From: Octopus bimaculoides
Lineage: Eukaryota
Direction of reading: 5' to 3'
NCBI RefSeq assembly: GCF_001194135.2
Contig: NC_068998.1
Coordinates: 24,917,765-24,977,371, forward strand
Length of the DNA: 59,607 bases
Part shown: positions 50,664-59,607 of the stretch, piece after piece
How positions within the stretch are numbered: position 1 is the first letter of the stretch
Layout: each line of letters begins with the position of its first letter
Program-made: the position numbers and the translations under genes
Notes under the pieces: model-generated
Seen by the model: only the letters and a program-made list of their open reading frames with translations
What the model was told of the DNA's origin: nothing
Databases searched by the model: none

Positions 50664-52449
50664 AAATGGGGAAGAAAATAATTAGGTAAATATAACAATT
50701 CTATAATTCAACAATTCAATAGTTCAAAACTTCAATAACTAACAATAGGAACAGGAGACCTTCAACAAGTGATCAACAAAGCGTCTTACACAGGTCAAAA
50801 TGACTAAATAACATAGACTTTCCCCACGTCGACCTAACACTGTTAACCATGCCGCTGACAGTTCATTCACTTCCTATTTATTGTAATCGGTTAGTCCACC
50901 TTCAATCACATGATATGTTCAGTATTTTCCCATAGCAAGTATTGTGGATATTTTCCATCAGTACAGAGGGGAATAGATAAAGCAGATTCTTTGGGGGAGA
51001 AGGCAGCAATCCAGTGTAAATAGAAAGAAATCCTTGATACTGAAAGCTAGGTAAGATAGGTTAGTGGCAACCAATGAGCCTTTACACAAAGAATGTGTAG
51101 TTTGAGTGTTATTGAAATGTGTTTCCTGGGCTATAGAGAGCATTACATTTCAAGAATACTACATAAGAAGAGGGAGTAATGGCTGAAACGTTAAGTATTA
51201 TATTTGGCATCAAAGAAATTCTATACTGTATGCCGGAGCGTTGTAAAGTCATCATGAAAGTAGTTTCAGTCTTCTATCATTCCATTAGATACCTGCATTC
51301 AGCTGTATGCAACAAATTTACTTTAATAATATTATAGAAACTCTTTGACGTAAATGTTAATCTGATGTAACCTGTTGTAGAATCCCTGTCACAGAATATA
51401 TGGTTTTAGAAGAATATCTAAAAAAACTTTAGAAACTCACAAATAATATATATTTATAAATTCTATATTACAATTGATCAAACAGAATACATATTAAGAA
51501 TAGCTACTGCAACTGTAATATTGGTAAGTAAAATTGAAGTAGAGAAGAAAGTCAGAACAATGAAAGGTTTCTTTGCATTCTCTGGAACAATGAATACAAT
51601 AAAAGAAATTAGTATTCCGTTATTTTAAAATGTGTTCATGTGTAACGGATATAAATTACAGAACTGTGTTGACAACAGAAATATAGCAATAGCAACAAAA
51701 ATAGCAATTATACTATTCACTGCTTTTATCATTTTCGATATCGTAAATGACATAAAAAGACGACTGCAATATTTATTTGATATCATAATTGAACATAAAT
51801 AGATGGATTAAATTAAAACTTATTTTATCTTCATTTTCAATCGATAATACGTTACAATATTACTTGCCAGTCGTATCCGAATTGTATTTCATAAAACTAC
51901 AAAATATGACTTCCGTACAAAATATAACTTCCATTATATTTGTCGCTTTGTGAAGAATTACAATTTTGATAGGAATATTCTTACATAAAACCAGCATGAA
52001 ATATTGAATCAAACCTTCAAATCAAAATCATATAATTAATGTAAAAATAGAACGATTGAGGAAAAAACCACAAACATGAAAATATTTCTCAACTTTTGTG
52101 AAGATTTTCGAATAAATTCAGAATACTTCTTTGAAGCCCAATTCCTTATTTCATGTTTGAAGGAACTTAATGTACATATTTCCTGAAAAATAAGTACTCT
52201 TCTTCCTTTAAATTTAATATGAAGTAAACGCACACATATTGAGATTGGTTGATATAGAAAGCTAGGCATTTGCTAAAGCTCAGAAAACATTCAAAAGACT
52301 ATTATATTTTAGAAGTTAGAACAAAATTAAATTTTTCCATATTCGTATATGTATATAACAGCTTCTGTGATTTCAGCTATTCGTTCTACTATTTGCTTTG
52401 TCATGTTTAGTTGACGAATTATTCTCAGGTAGCAATACATGTATCACGA

Positions 52450-52560
52450 GTACCTTCACCACAACCATCACCACCAACAACAAAACCACCAACCGCAGCA
52501 CAATCACTAACGCTACAACCGCCACAACCACCACCACCACAACCTCAGCAGCAACCGCAA
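52450..52560. repeat. Imperfect (CAC)/(AAC) trinucleotide repeat
   Basis: Seen directly. Confidence 0.85.
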
Positions 52561-54289
52561 TAACAGCGCCAAAGAGAAGAGAATGCATTGAAACATCTTG
52601 TTCCATATGCTGAATTAAGTAATAGAGAAAAACTAGATCTGTATGTGTGAAATTAAATACAAATGGTCCTCACCTCCGAGAAAGGGGAATAAGATTTATT
52701 TAGGGCTGAGATCGTAAAAGTAGTTACACGTAATTTACTGTTTCCGTTCCTCAGGGGTAGGCAAATAGTGCCTTCACTGCATTTATTTTTGAAGCAGATA
52801 CTACACCATAAAAAAAAAGATATCTCGATGTTTTTAATAATTATTTTTCTCGTGGATGGGAAGCATTGTCCATAGCACATAATACAGTGAATCAGAAGAT
52901 ATTCATTCCCGAAATTCTGGTTGATCCTTTGAACCGAGACAGAAGTATAAGCATGGCGACAGTATTACAAAGTTTCGATAAGTGAAGAGGAATAATTAAG
53001 TGGTGTGATGAAGGAGTATATGTTTCCATAAAAAATATGACGTAAGATCATACTCTACATGATGTAGCAATGCGTGAGGCTTAACTGAGCCTAAAGATAT
53101 ACCAGATTTAATCAAATATGAATAGGCGAGACAATGTTATCGCAGGTAAGATAGTGGTTTAACAATCGACGGGAAATTATTTAGTCGAAATTCCTCCTAG
53201 TTAGTTAAAATACTACTTTTACCATTAAATTTATGGTATAGATGACCTATTAAATTTCATTGAAGTAATACAGGTTGCGTAATCTCGAAGACGAACTTAA
53301 AGACAAAAGAAATAGTTTCTGATCATAGTAATGATGTCATTTCCGGAAAGCACGATTGTAGCTTTGGAGTGTTTAAAAATTACCGATTTAGCGACGATTC
53401 ATAATTTGTCTACAATTGAATGTAGTAGAACATCACAGCATACTCAAGCTATATATTCAAGTTGGGAGAAAACCTTTTGAAAGGGTTCGCATATTTTGTG
53501 AATAAGAGAATTGAAATGAAACATAAGCTTATGCTTCATATATTTTGAAATATGAATAAAGGGGTTTATTTGATATTGTTTTGAAAAAATGCAGAACCTG
53601 AAATAATATACTTCAGCAAGAGGTTTGAGATGGTTAACAAATGTAGATATTTCAACAAACTCCTTTCAGTATATAGTAATCAAACAACGAAATGTGATGA
53701 AGTTACAATCTGGTATTGTTCTAAAGACTAATTCTTTATTTTATCACGTTACGTTTTATGTTTTCACCGGTATATTGAACGGTATCAATATATCAACATA
53801 CTAGGATCAAGAAACCCATTTTTATTTCCCTCTTAATTATCATGTTGCCTGTGACAAGCATGCATTTTGCTAGGCTGAAGTTTAAGCTGTTTTAGGACGC
53901 CTTCACAACCAATGACAATAGCGCAACAACCAACAACGTTTCAACGGTTTTACTACACATGAAATAAACTTGAAATCCTAATAGCAGCGAATGGTAACAT
54001 TGAATGGAATTCTTGAAGATGTGGACATGCATTGAGTCACTCTCTACCGGAAAATAACACTGGGTAACATTTTTTATCTACACCAGTGTAAGAATTGGGG
54101 ATTATCTATATACATGTTTGCTGCATTGCAGTCTAATGACAGAAACCATAACAAAGACCAGAGTATAATATAGTTTGTGATGTATATTTTCAAAACAATT
54201 CTTTTTCTGCTTTTCTAGCTATAATTTTACGTAAACGTTTTGTCATATAAGAGCCTTTCAACACCATTTTCTAAAGACAAGATGGAAAG

Positions 54290-54860
54290 GGAATTTAATC
54301 ACTCTCAGTCAGTTCAGATGGAAATTGATTCTGTATAAATGGTAGCTTTGAGAAATCACTTTCTGCTTCAAAGCTTGTTCTAGGGTTATGTACAGCTTAA
54401 GTGCACTAGTAATATTTAGGAAAATTTGAATTATGTGTTTAAGTTGAAGAATGCTGTTGCATTGCACTTTCGGTGATGCGTTTCGTTCTGCATTCTGGGA
54501 TTTCCTAAGTCGCAAATATTATCTGAACTGATAACACTCATTTACTAATTTGTGGTCAATATCACCTTTGTAACATGATTTGTTTAATATTAGCACCAAT
54601 TCTGAGAGACACTTGAATGTTTTCGCAATCTTATCACATGGATCAATTCTCTAACGTAATTGCATTACCATGCACTCATAGATTTGATTCAGAACGTCTA
54701 TAATAAACTTCTCGTTTCGTCTCAAAGGTGTACTACTATTTCTTTCATCTGAAAAGTTCTTTCTAACAAAGTGTTGCGCTTATAAGTAGTGGAGATGATA
54801 CCATCACGCAAACCTTTTGCTCTTGATTCGTAATGTGCAGTTATGTCATTTGAATGTTCT
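54290..54860 (-). mobile_element. hAT transposase remnant including the C-terminal dimerisation domain; may extend to ~55900
   Basis: IFLNITSALKLYITL / EAESDFSKLPFIQNQF resembles hAT 'fPni..aL.i.ltlp....aERsFSkL..ikn.lR'. Upstream sequence is heavily decayed. Confidence 0.55.
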
Positions 54861-56719
54861 TAAAGTTCTCCAACAAACAAAAGCAATGGCAATAGTAAAA
54901 TAACATCAAAATACATCATAGCCAGGGATTTGTAATTTCTTGATGGTTTTGTTGAAAACCAGAAATTTTCTCAAGCGACCTTCTCACTTTAATGATTTGT
55001 TTTANNNNNNNNNNTATATATATCTTCGAAAATATGTTTGCTAGTGTGTTAAATATTGATATATCCGTTTTGAATTCGCCCCTGAGTACTTCAAAGCGCG
55101 CAGAATAGATTAGAATATCTGGTTACATTTATTTCCTTCAGAGAAGATCTAGCGTGTTTCGTGTTTTCAAAACCCCCACATTCGAGGAGATCAACAACAT
55201 AAATTATAGAACTCCAGCATAACGCCAACATTTTCAAATCTAGGTACAGTGAATACTGCCTTTTCCCGAGGTCGATTGAATGATTTGGTCACGGTATATA
55301 ATCATTATACCTTTTTATGTGTTTAAAGATGTCTGGTAGACCATTTTCCTAGCGCTTACAGTTAGCCAAGTATATGTTTAAACGAATTCGCATTTTTAAT
55401 CATGACCTGAGTGTTGATGACAAGATCATAGACGTGTGATTTTCTATTGGTATAATTGTAAAGGTCTCAAATAGAGGTTTATATATTATAATATTCGGGC
55501 CACAACAGTTCACCAGTGTTTCAGGTCGGCCGTAATGTGAACAACGCGTGAGTAGCATTTGTAGCCTCGATTTCCAATTTTATAATCCATGTAGTTTACC
55601 ATAATTGCTATTCATTCTTGATATACTGCTTTGGATAAATAAATAGTATTTGCCCCAGATTTGCATCCTACGTGCCGTTCCGACAAAAATGCTTCTAACG
55701 CTTTAATAAGTTCTATTCTCTACATGAACATTGAATACTAACCTCCTTTTGCGTAAGTATTTGAAATAGCTGGAACATTTTTGAGTAGTTCAATGTCGTA
55801 ACATATCAACTTTTTGTATCTGCTTTTCCGATTTCCAGAAACTTGTATCTCATCACAGCCAAGCCATTTTCGAACCAACACAGTGGAGCCAGTGATAGCG
55901 CACAAACCCAACAGCGATTATAAAGCCAAATAATGTTCTTCTAGCAACTAAGTTTAGGATCAGATTCAAACCTACAAAACAATATTTATTGACAGAACAG
56001 AAGCAGCAAATGGAACACTCTTAGAGTATTCTGAGAAAGGTAATTGTCTTACAGGTCTTGGTTTATTAAAAGTTTTATGTAAGCTACTTAAATCACAGAT
56101 GCTGGGGCAAAGGAATCGGCATCAAATATTTGGGCGTTGGTAACAACTGAAAGGTGGAATTTCAGAATAAACACACATTTGTGATTTTTTTAAAGAATTA
56201 CTTCCTCTTTAAAACATCAGAACTTTATAATATCTAATTATTAATATCTCACAGATGACATAAAAAGAAAAAAAGTAAAATGAAATGAAGAATTTAAAAT
56301 CCGAATTACAAATAAAACATTATAATTTGAATTTAATACACTAAATTTGTACCTCCCAAAAATATGAAAACGATTTACAGAAAAACAAACAATTCTGAAT
56401 TAGTATTCATTTTGAAAAATAAATTTCAAGAAAATAAAGAATCTTTAGTGAATTTGTTTGAAAGAAATGATGTCTGGGGGGGGGGGAAACAGTTGTCTAG
56501 CCATTATGGAAAATAATAGAAAGCATCTTAACCTTAACATTGATATAGGTGGGAACAATATTTAGCTAAATGACCATACTTTGATGTCAACCATAATAAT
56601 GATTCGAGCATTGAACCTAGTAACATACATATGTATGCATGCGTCCATGCATGCAGACCTGTATGTATGTGTATCTATATAAATACGTAGATACGTATGT
56701 ACTTATTAAACTAAACCTA

Positions 56720-56975
56720 CCAATGAATGAACGTGAACACGAACACAGTCGGTCGGATATTGTCATATCAAATAAGAGAGACAAATACTGTCAGATCATT
56801 GATGTAACCATACCAATGTTATGAATGTTGTGAGTAAAGAGGTTAAAAAAGTCACCAAATACACCGAATTGAAAGTGGAAATGGGGTAACTGTATGGAAT
56901 GCGAGAGGTAATGTAAAAGTGATACCAGTTGTGTTCGGAGCGTTGTGCTTAATCACATTGAAACTGGGTCAAGGC
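56720..56975 (+). mobile_element. R4/Dong-like RLE domain fragment
   Basis: HSRSDIVISNKRDKYCQIIDVTIP...KEVKKVTKYTELKVE...VIPVVFGAL. Confidence 0.75.
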
Positions 56976-57299
56976 ACGAAAATCAGGAAATAATATATGA
57001 CGAAGTTTATGTAATCATTCGCCACCTTTTACAATTAAATTTTGCCCGTCTCTTGGGCGCCCTCTAAATTAATTCCGTCTCAGTTCTTTTCCATTCGAAG
57101 ATCTAGATCAAATCGAACTGTCTCTCCTACGTGACATGTTAGATGATATCGACCATCCTCTCTAGGTGACCAGCTGCAGTCAGAATGATGGTTCTTGGCT
57201 GATTTCCGCTCCTGCTACTATTGCGCAGTACCTTAGAGAAATGCTAATGAGATCTCTATGTCTGGTATCCGAAATTATAATGGTTATTTCGACTATATA

Positions 57300-57830
57300 T
57301 GGCATCATGTGCTATGTCAAGGTGTAAGTGCTTATCGTGAAGCAAAATACCAAATAGAAAAGAAAGGGTTAATATGTGTTATGGAAACCCGCCTTAAAGC
57401 AATGTGTACGTGCAAAAACGTTGAAGATGCAACACTGCACTGATCGCATATCGGAGTTCCAGCGAAACATTATTCGCAAATAACCAGAGGGGTTTTTTTT
57501 AAGAGCTTAGGAGGATGTACAGAAAGAATACCTCCTGAAGTAGGGTAAATCCAGCAGTTTTGAAACAACATTTGGGTGCAAGATGTTCCCCAAAACCACG
57601 GTAGTGAATGGATTCATTCTGTGAGATCCGAACTACATCTTCCTGACACTCTACGACAGGGCCATGTACACATAACAACGGAGGGATGTAATTACACATG
57701 TATCAAAACTGCCAAACTGCAAAGCGACAGGAGCAGATGGAATCAAGAATCCTGGCTCAAGTACATGAGTAGGTTTGCAAATGTAACGGCAGCCTCGTTT
57801 TAAGATCCACAAAGATCAGAACTTATCTAC
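57300..57830 (+). mobile_element. R4/Dong-like pre-RT fragment
   Basis: LFANNQRGFFKSLGG, EWIHSVRSEL, HITTE, and KATGADGIKN followed by WLK resemble the 'FqnNQrrF ... KApGpDgI..fWLK' blocks. Confidence 0.6.
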
Positions 57831-57974
57831 AGCTCTTGGTAGTCCAATTGGATATGCAATCTATTTGGATGTCATTTCAGAACATTGCAATGATGGGGGT
57901 TCTAATTTGTAGGCACAGGAGGTGGTCAAACTCTACATGAGGAGTAGATAACCACTATATATATATATATATAT

Positions 57975-59607
57975 ATTTATTTATTTATTTATTTATTTAT
58001 TTATGGGTTTCAGCCAAGTGGCTGCGGCCATGCTGGAGCACCACTGTGATGTTCTGTCTTTATGCTTTGCTCTCTTCACGTTCCTTGCTTGGCTCTTCTC
58101 CTGCACCTGATATAGTCCAATCAAGTCTTTTGATGGCACATCTGGTGTATAAGAGAATTTGACATCGCTGCCCTAAACTGTGTCTCATTTCGAGCCATTG
58201 GTTCGTCTGGTATCGTGGAGAGGAAAGCGTCGAGTTTTGTCTTGAAGACCTCCACATCCGTGTCTTGCAGGTCTCTCAAATGTTTTGGCAGGGCATTGAA
58301 GAGCTGAGGTCCTCTGAAACCGAGGCTGCTGCAGTATCTTGTTCTTATGTGAGATGCAGTGGACGGCACTTTTGGCACCATGCAGTGGTGACCCGTGCGG
58401 GCATTCCTGTAATACTTGATGCCAAAGTTTGGCATCAGTCCTTCCAGTATTTTCCATATATATATTATTACATATCTCTCCCGCCTGCGTTCCAGGGAGT
58501 AGAGACCTAGTGCCTGCAGTCGCTCCCTGTAGTTCATTTGCTGGACTGTGGCGACCTTTTTTGTATAGTGCCGCTGAATTGCCTCGAGTTCTGTTGTCCG
58601 TTTGACAATGTGTGGTGACCACAACTTCGAGCAATAGTCTAGGCGGCTCAGGACAAATGTCTTCCATAGAGTCAACATGACTTTTTGATCCCTTGTACGG
58701 AATGTCCTCAGTATCCACCCCGCCAGCTGTCTGCACTTTGCTGTCAACTTGACAATGTGCATGTGAAATGATGCATCACTACACATGTTGATGCCCAGGT
58801 CTCTCACGGCTTGTGGTTCTGGGATTGCAGTACCTCCAGGTCCTGTGTATGCCAGTTGGGAGGCACGTGTGGCCTTGTAGAGCAGTACTTGAACATTTTC
58901 CGCATTGAACAGCATATTATTTTGCTCTGCCCACTCATATATTGCATTTAGGTCATTCTGTAGGCTTACAATATCATCAGGATTCTTTATTGCCTGAGAT
59001 AGTTTTGTGTCATCAGCGTAGCTAGTGACAGTGGCTCTCCGAGTGACCGTCGGCATGTCCAGAAGGGCCACTATGAACAGTAGTGACCCCAGGACAGTTC
59101 CTTGCAGAACACCGCTCAATATTTGTGTTTCCCTAGATAGTTCTCCATTGGCTGCAACTGTCTGACTTCTACCATTCAGGAAGTCATGCAGCCATCCTCC
59201 TAATTTACCAGTTATGGCAAGGTTTCGCAGCTTGTGACATATCAAGCCATGATCGACTTTGTCAAAGACTTTTGCAAAGTCGAGATATATCACATCAACA
59301 TTTGAATGGTCAAGTAGCTGCTTCAGACCCAGTCATAATGCTGCAAGAGTTGCGTGAGGCAGCTTCTACCTGGACGTAAACCATGCTGGGTCTCATTCAG
59401 CAAGTAATTTTCTTCTAGGAACGCAATCAATCTCTTTCTGACAACTCGTTCCATGACTTTGTTAATATGTGAAGTCAGAGAGATGGGCCTGTAGTTCCCA
59501 GCCTCTGCTCTGCTTACGCCTTTATGGATAGGACATATGGTGCCTTCCTTCAGCTTTTTGGGAAGTTTACCATTTGCAAGGAAACTCTGGAAGAGTATCC
59601 GGAGTGG
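57975..59607 (-). mobile_element. Young CR1-group LINE, 3' part, with 3' UTR and (ATAA)n tail; runs off the window end
   Basis: NYRPISLTS, QHGLRPGRSCLTQLL, IYLDFAKVFDKVDH, SGVLQGTVLGSLLF, YADDTK, VRDLG, YSLERRRERY. 3' stem-loop CAGCC-ACTT-GGCTG, then (ATAA)n at 57975-58005. Confidence 0.93.
58121..59607 (-). pseudogene. ORF2 reverse transcriptase of the CR1-group LINE, with one frameshift near 59330
   Basis: The 390-aa open frame 58121-59293 continues upstream in another frame (HYDWV/LKQLLDHSNVDVIYLD), indicating a 1-bp deletion. Confidence 0.9.

Noticed and set aside
57165-57325. Apparent exon ending AAGGT|GTAAGT (…NYNGYFDYIWHHVLCQG)
   Set aside because: It is contiguous with the R4-like remnant and is more simply explained as decayed element sequence.

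Overview
This is AT-rich, repeat-dense eukaryotic DNA from a gapped draft assembly, with many N-runs flanked by (AT)n, (AC)n, (TATC)n and (ATT)n microsatellites. The SINE families and overall texture suggest an octopus/cephalopod genome, but that is an inference. I could not identify any host gene; only two weak exon candidates were found. The recognisable content is mobile DNA. DNA transposons: a full-length decayed mariner, other mariner and Tc1 fragments, MITEs and a hAT remnant. Non-LTR retrotransposons: R4/Dong-like, RTE, CRE-like, an ORF1-like region, and a young CR1-group RT with a 3' tail. Also present are a Gypsy integrase with LTR pieces, a Penelope-like ORF remnant and about 12 copies of two tRNA-headed SINE families. 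The most interesting observation is a set of hammerhead ribozyme (HHR) motifs. One minimal type I HHR with a perfect core (37688-37746, minus strand) heads a ~350-nt non-coding unit. A second, degenerate HHR is joined to a tRNA-like head in a short SINE-like element (12814-12987). Together these suggest ribozyme-bearing non-autonomous retroelements linked to Penelope-like elements. One SINE family also shares its 3' stem-loop tail with the CR1-group LINE in the window. All protein and family assignments come from manual translation and motif recognition; no database search was run.
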